Of a stretch of DNA of 64,000 nucleotides, positions 50,646 to 59,145 are shown piece by piece; the first letter of the stretch is position 1; each line of letters opens with the position of its first letter. Source of the DNA: Alphaproteobacteria bacterium (lineage in GTDB: Bacteria > Pseudomonadota > Alphaproteobacteria > UBA828). The DNA lies in contig CBDFKL010000004.1 in assembly GCA_965248825.1 (NCBI GenBank), forward strand, positions 18,910 to 82,909, in the 5' to 3' direction. The translations under genes were made by a program, and so were the position numbers. The notes beneath the pieces were generated by a model. It searched no databases and was not told the DNA's origin. It saw only the letters and a program-made list of their open reading frames with translations.

Positions 50646-51086
50646 TCACCATTCGCCGGTGTTCGGCATGCTCGTCCACGGTTCCGCCGGTTCGAGCGGA
50701 TCGCCTTTCTGCAGGAGCTCGATCGAGATCCCGTCCGGCGAGCGAATGAAGGCCATGTTCCCGTCGCGCGGCGGTCGGTTGATGATGACGCCTTTTTCCC
50801 TGAGCCCGGCGCAGGTCTCGTAGATGTCGTCCACGCGATAGGCGAGGTGGCCGAAATTGCGCCCGCCGCCGAGATCTTCCGAGTCCCAATTGTAGGTGAG
50901 CTCGACCAGCGGCGTGTGGTCCTCCTCCGCGCGCGCCACGTCGCCCGGCGCCGAGAGAAAGACCAGGGTGAAGCGGCCTTTCTCGCTCTCATAACGGCGC
51001 GTCTCGACCAGACCGAGCTTTGCGCAATAGAAATCGAGGGCCTCTTCGAGATTTCCAACACGAACCATCGTATGCAGATATTCCAC
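50646..51086 (-). CDS. gloA: Lactoylglutathione lyase (glyoxalase I, VOC family)
   Basis: [26 protein letters not shown]...LELTYNW...[11 protein letters not shown]. Confidence 0.9.
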   Translation of the reverse strand: MEYLHTMVRVGNLEEALDFYCAKLGLVETRRYESEKGRFTLVFLSAPGDVARAEEDHTPLVELTYNWDSEDLGGGRNFGHLAYRVDDIYETCAGLREKGVIINRPPRDGNMAFIRSPDGISIELLQKGDPLEPAEPWTSMPNTGEW

Positions 51087-51283
51087 GCGCCATTCCCTCT
51101 TCGCAGTGGGCCGATCGCCGATCCGCCGCGATTCGCGCGGCGACCTTCTTTATCCCATATGCTTGCCAACGACAAAATGCGCGCGCAGGGGTCATCGGGT
51201 GGATGATCGGGCAGGCGCAGGCCCCTGCTTTGTCGAGAGCAAACTGAATTGACCGCTTCAGTTGTGGTTGTTGGGCCAGTGGA

Positions 51284-51336
51284 TAAGGGGTCGGGCGCGG
51301 AGCGGCCGTCCCCTTATCCACTGGCCGGTCGCGTCG
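51284..51336. repeat. Perfect 17-bp-arm palindrome (hairpin) inserted in IS copy 2
   Basis: GGCCAGTGGATAAGGGG-(19 nt)-CCCCTTATCCACTGGCC. Copy 1 has only ...TTGGGCC|GGTCGCG... at this point, so 49 bp are inserted with GGCC on both sides. Confidence 0.75.
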
Positions 51337-51343
51337 AAGCGGA

Positions 51344-52519
51344 TCACGCGGCCTGTCTGTGGCTTGTGTTGATGGGCGACCCGTCGGCCTGGTATCGGGC
51401 CAGGCAGCGCGGTCCATGGAAGACGGCGAGGGTGCGGTCGGGGTATTCGTGGACCCGGACCCTTGCCTTGACGTAGTGGCGGCGATGGCGGTCGGGCGGG
51501 ATCGCCAGCACCAGGCGTTTGTAGCGCACGGTGTTGTCGTTTGAGACGGTGCGCTCCTGCTGCACGCAGAGGATGTCGTCGAGGGTCCCGGCGAAGGGCA
51601 CGAAGGCGGTGCCCTCGGCTTCCGGCGGCGCCGCGAAGCGGGCGTTGTGGCCTGGCAGGGAGAGCTCCTTGAGGAAGCGGTTGGCCTGGGCCATGTCGGT
51701 GATGCCGGCGAGCCTGAGCTCCTGGGGCAGGCGCTTCTGCAGGGTGGCGAACATGCGCTCCGAGCGCCCCCTTGCCTCGGGCGAGTAGGCCGGGATCAGC
51801 TCGATGCCGAGCTGGACCAAGGCGCGGCCGAACTGGGTCGGATTGTCCTTGTCGACCGTGCCGCCGGCCTCGGGCGTGTGCCAGTAGTGGCCGGCGCGGT
51901 CGGCATAGAGCGAGCAGAACAGCCCGCGCTCCCGGATCACCTCGTCCAGGGCGGTAAAGCTGCTCATGGTGCCCTCTTCGGCGACGAAGAAGGCCGAGTA
52001 GATCTCACTGGTGGCGTCGTCCATGGTGACGATCAGGTCCCACCACTGATCGGGGACCCACGCGTGGCTCGAGCCGTCTTGATGCAGCATCATGCCGGGC
52101 AGCGCACGCCGCGGCCGCTTGCGCCGGTGCGCCCCGCGCCTCGGCGCCGCCCGTCTTCGCCCGTGCGCCTGCAAGCTCAGCCGCACCCAGTTGTAGCTGC
52201 GCTTGAAGGCATGGTCCGCGACCAGCTTCTCGTGGAAATGCTTGGCGGTGAAGTCCCAGTAGCGGGTGTCGAACAGCGCCAACAGCGCCGTCACCTCGTC
52301 CACTGCCGCGCGCCGCGCCGAGACCCGGCCGAGGCGGCGATCGTAGAGCCCTTCCGCGCCGTCCGCCTGGTAGCGGTCACGCCAACGCCGGAAAGTGCGT
52401 TCCGAAACGCCGAGTACCTCCGCCGCCTCGGCTTGGCTCAAGCCACCCCGATGGGTGCGGCCGTAAATCTCCTCGAACTTCATCAATCTCAGTCCCTGCA
52501 ACTGCTCTGTCCGGCGCAT
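51344..52519 (-). CDS. IS transposase (copy 2)
   Basis: 391 aa with 5 substitutions relative to copy 1 (T/R, V/A, A/T, R/Q, I/V), and intact. Confidence 0.85.
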   Translation of the reverse strand: MRRTEQLQGLRLMKFEEIYGRTHRGGLSQAEAAEVLGVSERTFRRWRDRYQADGAEGLYDRRLGRVSARRAAVDEVTALLALFDTRYWDFTAKHFHEKLVADHAFKRSYNWVRLSLQAHGRRRAAPRRGAHRRKRPRRALPGMMLHQDGSSHAWVPDQWWDLIVTMDDATSEIYSAFFVAEEGTMSSFTALDEVIRERGLFCSLYADRAGHYWHTPEAGGTVDKDNPTQFGRALVQLGIELIPAYSPEARGRSERMFATLQKRLPQELRLAGITDMAQANRFLKELSLPGHNARFAAPPEAEGTAFVPFAGTLDDILCVQQERTVSNDNTVRYKRLVLAIPPDRHRRHYVKARVRVHEYPDRTLAVFHGPRCLARYQADGSPINTSHRQAA

Positions 52520-52678
52520 CCAAACCCTCCACAGCCTGGAGAGCTTCTAAATCCGGACAGATCGTCTGGTACATAAACCGGACATACCGTGTGTTAGCGA
52601 CAGCGCAGGCCCCTGCTTGCGACGGCGTTATGGGATGGTGCTAAGATCAGCGCGTCTCGGAGCGAAACGAGGGCGGCG

Positions 52679-53923
52679 TTGAGCGTGGAGCCGGGTCTTT
52701 TGGAGGGCCTGAGAGTGGTGAGCTTCAACCACTTCCTATTGGGCCCTCATGCGATGCAAACTCTCGGCGATCTGGGCGCCGATGTCATCGCCATCGAACC
52801 CCTCGACGGCGCGTTTCAGCGGCAATGGGGGGGCGCGGACAAGAGAATCGACGGCCAAACGACGCTGTTCCTGTGCGCCAACCGCAACAAGCGGAGCCTC
52901 AGCCTCGACCTGAAGTCGGCCGAGGGTCGGGAGATCGCGTGCAAGCTGATCGCCCGTGCCGACGTGGTCAGCGAGAACTTCCGCCCCGGTGTGATGGAGA
53001 AGCTGGGCTTCGGCTACGCAGCGGTGAAGGAGATCAACCCGGGCGTGATTTATGCCTCGGCGACGGGCTTCGGCGGCGACGGCCCTTACGCCAAGCGGCC
53101 GGGACAGGACCTGTTGGTTCAGGCGCTGTCCGGTTTGGCGGCGATCACCGGCGATGTCGACGATCGCGCGCGCGCTGTCGGGGTCTCCGCCGCCGACCTG
53201 CACGGTGCGGCGTTGCTGGTCACGGGAATCCTGGCGGCCCTGCTCCGGCGGGCGCGGACCGGCGCGGGTTGCAAGGTAGACGTCGACCTGCTGTCGGCCG
53301 CCATCGACCTTCAGACCGAATCGTTCAGCACGTTTCTCAACGGTGCCCGGCCCGAGGACATACGCCCGCCGCGCCGTCTTGCGGGCTGGTACTACCCGGG
53401 GCCCTACGGCATCTATCCGACCGCCGACGGACATATCGCGATCTCGTTCTCCAACCATGAGCACCTGGCCGACGCGCTATCGGTGCCCGCGCTCGCGGCC
53501 ATCCCGAACGCCGACGGCTACGGGCGGCGCGAGGAGATCGTCGGCCTGGTGGCACCGGCGCTGGAAAAGCGAACGACCGGGGAGTGGCTCGCGGCATTCG
53601 AGGGGCGCGACATCTGGTGCGCACCGGTCAACGATTACGAGGCGGTGCTGCGCGATCCCCAGGTGCGCTACAACGAATGCTTTCGAACCATCGCCGGCGC
53701 CACCGGCACGCCGGTCACCATCGTCAGCCACCCGGTGCGGTATGATGGCCGGACGCCCGGGATGCGCTTGCCGCCGCAACCGCTCGGCGCCCAGACTGCG
53801 GAGGTGTTGCGCGAGCTCGGCTACGGGAACGAGGCGATCGATCGATTGGCGGCCGACGACGTCGTCCGGATCCATCGGCCCGTCCCGCCCGGTGCCCGCG
53901 ACGACGCGCCCGCTTCGGAGTAA
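52679..53923 (+). CDS. CaiB/BaiF-family (type III) CoA-transferase
   Basis: LEGLRVVSFNHFLLGPHAMQTLGDLGADVIAIEP...VVSENFRPGVMEKLGFGY. TTG start. Confidence 0.85.
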   Translation: MSVEPGLLEGLRVVSFNHFLLGPHAMQTLGDLGADVIAIEPLDGAFQRQWGGADKRIDGQTTLFLCANRNKRSLSLDLKSAEGREIACKLIARADVVSENFRPGVMEKLGFGYAAVKEINPGVIYASATGFGGDGPYAKRPGQDLLVQALSGLAAITGDVDDRARAVGVSAADLHGAALLVTGILAALLRRARTGAGCKVDVDLLSAAIDLQTESFSTFLNGARPEDIRPPRRLAGWYYPGPYGIYPTADGHIAISFSNHEHLADALSVPALAAIPNADGYGRREEIVGLVAPALEKRTTGEWLAAFEGRDIWCAPVNDYEAVLRDPQVRYNECFRTIAGATGTPVTIVSHPVRYDGRTPGMRLPPQPLGAQTAEVLRELGYGNEAIDRLAADDVVRIHRPVPPGARDDAPASE

Positions 53924-53926
53924 GCA

Positions 53927-54364
53927 ATGTCTGATTTCCACGTCACCGTCGGCGAACGGGTCATGTTTTCCAAGACCGTCGGGGAGAGCGACATCTACAT
54001 GTTCGCCGGCATTACCGGCGATTTTTCCGGCAACCATGTTGATGAGCAATACATGTCGAAGTCCGCCTTCGGGCACCGCATCGCCCACGGCGCCCTGCTC
54101 GTCGGGTTCATGTCGACCACCTCAACCATGATGATTGCGCGCTGCGTCAACGAGGGGATCGATGAGACGCCGGTTTCGCTCGGCTACGACCGTATCCGCT
54201 TTCTCAAGCCGGTCTACATCAACGATACCGTGAGCGTGACCTACACGGTCGCCGAGATCGACACCGAGCGCCGCCGCTCGCTCTCCGATATCGAGGTCGT
54301 CAACCAGAAGGGGGATACGGTGGCGGTGGCCCAGCACATCATCAAATGGGTCCCCAACGGGTAA
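53927..54364 (+). CDS. MaoC-family (R)-specific enoyl-CoA hydratase/dehydratase
   Basis: Hot-dog fold motif FAGITGDFSGNHVDEQY...IAHGALL. Confidence 0.85.
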   Translation: MSDFHVTVGERVMFSKTVGESDIYMFAGITGDFSGNHVDEQYMSKSAFGHRIAHGALLVGFMSTTSTMMIARCVNEGIDETPVSLGYDRIRFLKPVYINDTVSVTYTVAEIDTERRRSLSDIEVVNQKGDTVAVAQHIIKWVPNG

Positions 54365-54401
54365 CCGGCGCGTTCAGGCGGCGAGGATTGGCCGGCCCGC
54401 C

Positions 54402-55601
54402 GTGACGGTGCTCAGCCAGCACCAACACACGCTCTTCTCGGGCGCGCTCGATCTTCTCGCCCGCAAGATGCTCGAGGACGAGGCGACCATCGGCGTCGCC
54501 TTTCCCTATGCGACCGGGCCGGGCGGGGCGTGGCGCACCATGCCTGCGTCGCGCTCGGCCGGCTATGACGGCGCCGCCTGGAGCCACGGCAACTGGTTTT
54601 GCGGCTTTTGGGTCGGCCTGTTGATCGCCTGCCACCTCCATACCGGCGAAGCCCGGTTCCTCGCGCTCGCCCGCGAGCGGATGCGGTTGATTGCGCCGCG
54701 GTCCGAGGACCCCAACACCCACGATATCGGTTTCATCTTTTGCAGCAGCGCCATCCCCGCCCATCGGGTGACCGGTGAGAACTGGTTCGCAGACCTGGCG
54801 ATGCGGGCGGCAGGCAGGCTCCGCGCCCGGCTGGTCACGACGCCGAAGGGCGCCTACGTCTCATCCTGGGGGCCGCTGGATGACGACCGCGGCCGCCGCA
54901 GCTCCGCCATCGACACGATGGCGAACCTGCCACTCCTGTACTGGGCCGCCGACCATGGCGGTGACGCCAGCTTCCGGCTTGTCGGCGAGGCGCATGCGCG
55001 CATGACCCGCCAAGCCTTCATTCGCGCCGACTTCTCGACATACCACGCGGTCGAATATGGCGATGCGGGAGAGCCGGCGCGGGGATTCACCTTCCAGGGC
55101 CACGCGGATGAGAGCTGTTGGTCGCGGGGCCAGGGTTGGGCGATTTACGGCTATGCGGCGACCGCCGGCGCCACGGGCAGCCGCGACCATCTGGCGCTGG
55201 CCGAGGCGCTTGGCCGGTATTACCTCCGGCGGCTCGGCGCCCATCCGATTCCCTATTGGGATTTCGACGATCCGGCGATCCCGGACGCACCGCGGGATTC
55301 ATCGGCCGCCGCGATCGTTGCTGCGGGCTTTCTCACCATGTCGCGCCTGCATCCCGACCCTGCGGAGAGCGATCGATGGGCCCGGCACGCGCTGACCATG
55401 CTGGAAAGCCTCTGCAACGACTATCTCGCGCGGGAGGAGGAGCACCGCGGCCTGCTCAAGCATGGCTGCTATTCGATGCCTCACGGGAACGGCGTCGATA
55501 GCGCGGTCCTGTTCGGCGATTATTTCTTCGTCGAAGCGCTCCTGAGCGTGCTCTCGCCCGGAGCGTTCTCGCCCGCGGTCAGCCGCCTGCCACCGTCATG
55601 A
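54402..55601 (+). CDS. Glycoside-hydrolase-family-88-like (unsaturated glucuronyl hydrolase) six-hairpin protein
   Basis: 399 aa. HDIGFIF, IDTMANLPLLYWAA, SRGQGWAIYGY and IPYWDFD stretches are typical of GH88/GH105-type enzymes. Confidence 0.65.
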   Translation: MTVLSQHQHTLFSGALDLLARKMLEDEATIGVAFPYATGPGGAWRTMPASRSAGYDGAAWSHGNWFCGFWVGLLIACHLHTGEARFLALARERMRLIAPRSEDPNTHDIGFIFCSSAIPAHRVTGENWFADLAMRAAGRLRARLVTTPKGAYVSSWGPLDDDRGRRSSAIDTMANLPLLYWAADHGGDASFRLVGEAHARMTRQAFIRADFSTYHAVEYGDAGEPARGFTFQGHADESCWSRGQGWAIYGYAATAGATGSRDHLALAEALGRYYLRRLGAHPIPYWDFDDPAIPDAPRDSSAAAIVAAGFLTMSRLHPDPAESDRWARHALTMLESLCNDYLAREEEHRGLLKHGCYSMPHGNGVDSAVLFGDYFFVEALLSVLSPGAFSPAVSRLPPS

Positions 55602-56261
55602 CGGGAGCGGGGACAGCGCGCGCAGCGCGGCGCAGGCCGCGCCGTAACCATTGTCGATATTGACGACGACGATGCCGGGGGCGCAGGAGACGAGCATCGA
55701 GCGCAGCGCGGTGATCCCGCCTTCGGCGATGCCGTAGCCGGTCGAGGTCGGCACGGCGATCACCAGGCCCGGCGCCAGACCGCCGACCACCGAGGGCAGC
55801 GCGGCGTCGAGGCCGGCGGCGACGATCACGACGGGGAAAGCCCGAATCTCGTCGATCCGCTCCATCAGGCGCCAGAGGCCCGCGACCCCGACATCGCTGA
55901 TCTCGACCGCGGCGTGACCGTAATAGGCGAGGGTGCGGGCGGCTTCGCGGCTGACTGGGAGGTCGGAGGTGCCGGCGGAAACGATCGCGACGCGGGGCGC
56001 GCCGACGACCGCGGCGACGCTACCGAAAAAGCCGGTGCGCGAGAGCGGCTCGTAGTCGATCCGGCCGGCCAGCGCTTCGGGCAGGGCGTCGCGATGGGCG
56101 GCATCGAGGCGCGTGAGCAGCAGGCTGTGCCCGGCCTCGGCTGCCTCGTCGAGTATTTCCGCGAGATGCTGCGGCGCCTTGCCCGCGCAGAGGATCGCCT
56201 CGTCGAAGCCGAGGCGGGCGCGACGTTGCAGATCGAGCGTGATGTCGCCCGGCGGGCTCAC
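55596..56261 (-). CDS. larB: Nickel-pincer-cofactor biosynthesis protein LarB (PurE-like NaAD carboxylase/hydrolase)
   Basis: About 221 aa from GTG 56261 (GTGA overlap with the larE stop). IVSAGTSDLPV and C-terminal VVNIDNGYGAA motifs. The 395-aa ORF-track version overlaps larE and is rejected. Confidence 0.8.
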   Translation of the reverse strand: MSPPGDITLDLQRRARLGFDEAILCAGKAPQHLAEILDEAAEAGHSLLLTRLDAAHRDALPEALAGRIDYEPLSRTGFFGSVAAVVGAPRVAIVSAGTSDLPVSREAARTLAYYGHAAVEISDVGVAGLWRLMERIDEIRAFPVVIVAAGLDAALPSVVGGLAPGLVIAVPTSTGYGIAEGGITALRSMLVSCAPGIVVVNIDNGYGAACAALRALSPLPS

Positions 56262-57079
56262 GCGCTCGTCGCGGGCCGCAGGAACGCACTGCCGGTGCGA
56301 TAGGGTGCGAAGCGGACCGGGTGGACGCGGCCCTCGGCGGCGAATATCTCGCCGACGGCGGCACCGAGGGCGGCGCGGCGGCTCTCGCTCAGGGCATCGA
56401 GGGTCGGGGTATCGAGCTCGATCACGATGCCGGCTCTGCGCCGGCGGCAGCGCACGGTCTCGGGCCGCAATTGCCGTGCGAGATAGCGTTCCGCGGCGTG
56501 GATCTGCGCGAGCTCGTCGGCCTCGACGCGGAGCCCGGTCTCGATGCGGCTCGAAAGGCAGGGGGCCGCCGGCAGGCTCGCGAGATCGTCGAAGCCGAGC
56601 GCGGCAGCGAGGCTGCGGACCGTCGCCTTGTCGATGCCGGCTTCGACGAAGGGATGGCGCACGCGATGGATCTCTGCGGCCTGGAGCCCCGGCCTCCAGT
56701 CGTCCAGATCGTCCAGGTTCGTGCCGGAGAGCAGGGTTGCATCGGTGCGCGCGGCAAGCGCGCCGTAGAGGTTGGTTTTGCAATAGAAGCAGCGGTTTGC
56801 CGGATTGGCCCGATAGTTCGGATCATCGAATTCGCCGGCATCGAGGACGGTGAGCCGCCAGCCTTCGCGCGACGCATAGGTCCGCACGCGCTCGGTCGCC
56901 TCGGGCGGTACGGCCGGTGAGACGGCATGGAACATGGTGCAGGCGAGGCCGCCTCGGCGCCCGGCGAGCAGCGCCAGGGTCATGCTGTCGACTCCGCCGC
57001 TCACCGCGACCGCCGCCCGGCCGATCTGGTCGAGAACGGCGTTCAGCGCCGGGATGCCGGCGGGCGGCGGCTCAGTCAT
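56258..57079 (-). CDS. larE: LarE (PP-loop ATP-dependent sulfur transferase)
   Basis: PP-loop VSGGVDS, plus the CFYC and PCLSSR cysteine motifs. Confidence 0.8.
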   Translation of the reverse strand: MTEPPPAGIPALNAVLDQIGRAAVAVSGGVDSMTLALLAGRRGGLACTMFHAVSPAVPPEATERVRTYASREGWRLTVLDAGEFDDPNYRANPANRCFYCKTNLYGALAARTDATLLSGTNLDDLDDWRPGLQAAEIHRVRHPFVEAGIDKATVRSLAAALGFDDLASLPAAPCLSSRIETGLRVEADELAQIHAAERYLARQLRPETVRCRRRRAGIVIELDTPTLDALSESRRAALGAAVGEIFAAEGRVHPVRFAPYRTGSAFLRPATSA

Positions 57080-58346
57080 TCTCCGTCACCTCGAGGGCGG
57101 CCCGCTCGGCGTCGCGGCGGCGCTGTTCGCGAACCGCGTGGCTGCTGCTGCTCGCGAGGTCGTTCAGCTCGGCCTTGGCGGTGTATGCGCCCGCCGGCCG
57201 CATGGCGCGTTTCACCCGGACGGTGCCGAGGTCGTCGGCGTGGCGTATCATGTCCCGGGCGAGGACGCTGCGGGAGACCTGTGACCAGCGGACGCCGAGC
57301 GTCGTGGTCTCGCCGAATATCGCGGAGAGCGCCGCCTCGAGCGATACCGGCTCCGCGAGCACCTGAACCTCCGCGAGGATGCGTCCCTTCTTGCCGTAAG
57401 CGGGCCATTGCACGACGTCGAGCACGCCGGGCCGCGCGCGCAGGCGATCGAGGCCGAGCGCGAGATCCTCCGGCGTCTGGTCGTCGACCTCGAAGCGGAG
57501 CACCGCGACCGCTTCTTGCGCGGTATGGGCGACAATCGGCGCGAACTCGATGACGCGAAGGACGTTGCTGAAGCCCGGGAAGCTGCGGCTGCCGAAGCCG
57601 GTGCCGATGCCGACCAGCGTCTCGGGCTCGCGGGCCGGTGTCTGGGCCGGCGCGAGATGATTGAGAATCGCCGCACCGGTCGGCGTGACCCGCTCGCCCT
57701 CGATGCCGTCATCGTGGCTCGCGAAGCCCTGGAGCAGATGCGCCACGGCGGGCGCCGGCACGGGCAAGAGGCCGTGGGCGCTCCGCACCCGGCCTGAGCC
57801 GAGGGGGATCGAGCCGGCCGACCAGCGAGCCTCGCCGAGCGCATCGATCAGGAAGGCGGCCCCGACGATATCGGCGATCGAATCCCAGGCGCCGACCTCA
57901 TGGAACACGACCTCCGCGGGCGCCATCCCGTGCACCGCGCCTTCGGCCTCGGCGAGCAGCGTGAAGATTGCCCGCGCGCGGGAGCGGACTCCGGGTTCGA
58001 TCGGGGCGGCCTGCAGCCGTTCGAGGATGGCCGCGAATCGGACATGCTCATCGGCCTCGTCCGCCGCCGGCAATGTGACCCGGAAGCGCGCGCCGGTCAG
58101 CAGATTATCCCGGTGGGCATCGATGCCGATCTCGACCGACGGCGGAAGCCCGAGCCGGGAGAGCGCCGCTTGCATGCCGGCGCAAAGCTCCGGGCGGGCG
58201 TCGAGCAGCGCGGCGATGAACATGTCGCCCGCCACTCCGCCGACCGGATCGAGGTGAAAGCGCGGCCGCGGATCGGCCGTACCCCGGCTGCCGGTCACGC
58301 CCGCGCCCCCGCCGCGCGGCTCCTCATAGTCCTCGCTGGAGGCCAT
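57072..58346 (-). CDS. larC: LarC (nickel insertion / cyclometallase), single unsplit ORF
   Basis: HLDPVGGVAGDMFIAALLD N-terminal motif. About 424 aa from ATG 58346, preceded by AAGGAGA. There is an 8-nt overlap with larE. Confidence 0.8.
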   Translation of the reverse strand: MASSEDYEEPRGGGAGVTGSRGTADPRPRFHLDPVGGVAGDMFIAALLDARPELCAGMQAALSRLGLPPSVEIGIDAHRDNLLTGARFRVTLPAADEADEHVRFAAILERLQAAPIEPGVRSRARAIFTLLAEAEGAVHGMAPAEVVFHEVGAWDSIADIVGAAFLIDALGEARWSAGSIPLGSGRVRSAHGLLPVPAPAVAHLLQGFASHDDGIEGERVTPTGAAILNHLAPAQTPAREPETLVGIGTGFGSRSFPGFSNVLRVIEFAPIVAHTAQEAVAVLRFEVDDQTPEDLALGLDRLRARPGVLDVVQWPAYGKKGRILAEVQVLAEPVSLEAALSAIFGETTTLGVRWSQVSRSVLARDMIRHADDLGTVRVKRAMRPAGAYTAKAELNDLASSSSHAVREQRRRDAERAALEVTEND

Positions 58347-58353
58347 AGGGCCG

Positions 58354-59145
58354 CTATTCTCCTTTGAATGCCGGTCTCCGCTTCTCGACGAAGGCGGCGA
58401 CACCCTCGGCGAAGTCGGCCGAACCGCGCAGCCTACCATAGGCCTCGCCCTCGAGCGCGATTGCGGCGTGAAGCGGCGCATCCTCGGCCGCGTTGAGCAG
58501 CCTTTTGGCGGTGCGCTGGGCGAGCGGCGAGAAAGCCTTCAGCTCTTCGACCAGCGAATCGGTGGCGGCGGCGAGGCGGTCTTCGGGCACGCAGTCCACC
58601 GCGATACCCCAGGCGTGCGCGTCTTTTCCGGAGAGCCGGCGCGCCCTCATCACCAGGTCCTTGGCGCGTGCAATCCCGATCATCTTGCCGAGCCGGGCCG
58701 AACCGCCGGAACCGGGGATCATGCCGATGCGCTGCTCCGGCAGCCCGAGGCGGGCGGTCTCGGTGACGAGACGAAAGTCGCAGGCCAATGCCAGCTCGAA
58801 GGCGACGCCGAAGCAATAGCCCTGGATCGCCGCGATCACCGGCTTGGCGCAGCGTTCGGGCGCGGAGACGTTGTGCGCGAGCTCCGAAAGCTGCTCGGGC
58901 GATCGTTCCATGAAGCCGGGGATGTCGCCGCCGCTCGAGAAATGCGCGCCCTCGGCGCGAAGGACGATCACCCGCACGCCGTCATCGGCATCGAGTGCGG
59001 CGAGTGCGCGTGCAAGCTGCGCCCGTTCGGGCATGCTCACGACGTTCAGCGGCGGGCGGTCGAGCACGACATCGGCACGCGCCGCCGCGTGGTCGACCTC
59101 CACCCGGAAGCCATCGAGGCCGCGATAGGGATCGCTGGTCGTCAC
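58354..59145 (-). CDS. Crotonase-fold enoyl-CoA hydratase/hydrolase (HmfE-like 2-oxoglutaroyl-CoA hydrolase candidate)
   Basis: VIVLRAEGAHFSSGGDI...IAAIQGYCFGVAFELALACDFRL. GTG 59145 overlaps the ligase stop (GTGA). Confidence 0.8.
   Translation of the reverse strand: MTTSDPYRGLDGFRVEVDHAAARADVVLDRPPLNVVSMPERAQLARALAALDADDGVRVIVLRAEGAHFSSGGDIPGFMERSPEQLSELAHNVSAPERCAKPVIAAIQGYCFGVAFELALACDFRLVTETARLGLPEQRIGMIPGSGGSARLGKMIGIARAKDLVMRARRLSGKDAHAWGIAVDCVPEDRLAAATDSLVEELKAFSPLAQRTAKRLLNAAEDAPLHAAIALEGEAYGRLRGSADFAEGVAAFVEKRRPAFKGE

Larger units (their letters stand above)
51231..52602 (-). mobile_element. IS element copy 2 (1372 bp), variant of copy 1
   Basis: Same termini as copy 1. Flanked by 16-bp direct repeats GCGCAGGCCCCTGCTT at 51215-51230 and 52603-52618. 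It differs from copy 1 by a 25-bp IRL deletion, a 49-bp palindromic insertion and scattered SNPs. Confidence 0.8.

Noticed and set aside
42522-52602. Composite transposon formed by the two IS copies
   Set aside because: Each IS copy has its own matching target duplication (19-20 bp and 16 bp), and the outer flanks do not match each other. The copies therefore inserted independently. The enclosed block also contains conserved housekeeping genes (xseB-ispA-tlyA) next to their usual deacetylase neighbour.
55596-56783. 395-aa version of the LarB ORF
   Set aside because: Its first 170 or so codons are an Arg/Pro-rich alternative frame of larE. GTG 56261 gives a normal-length LarB with a GTGA overlap onto the larE stop.
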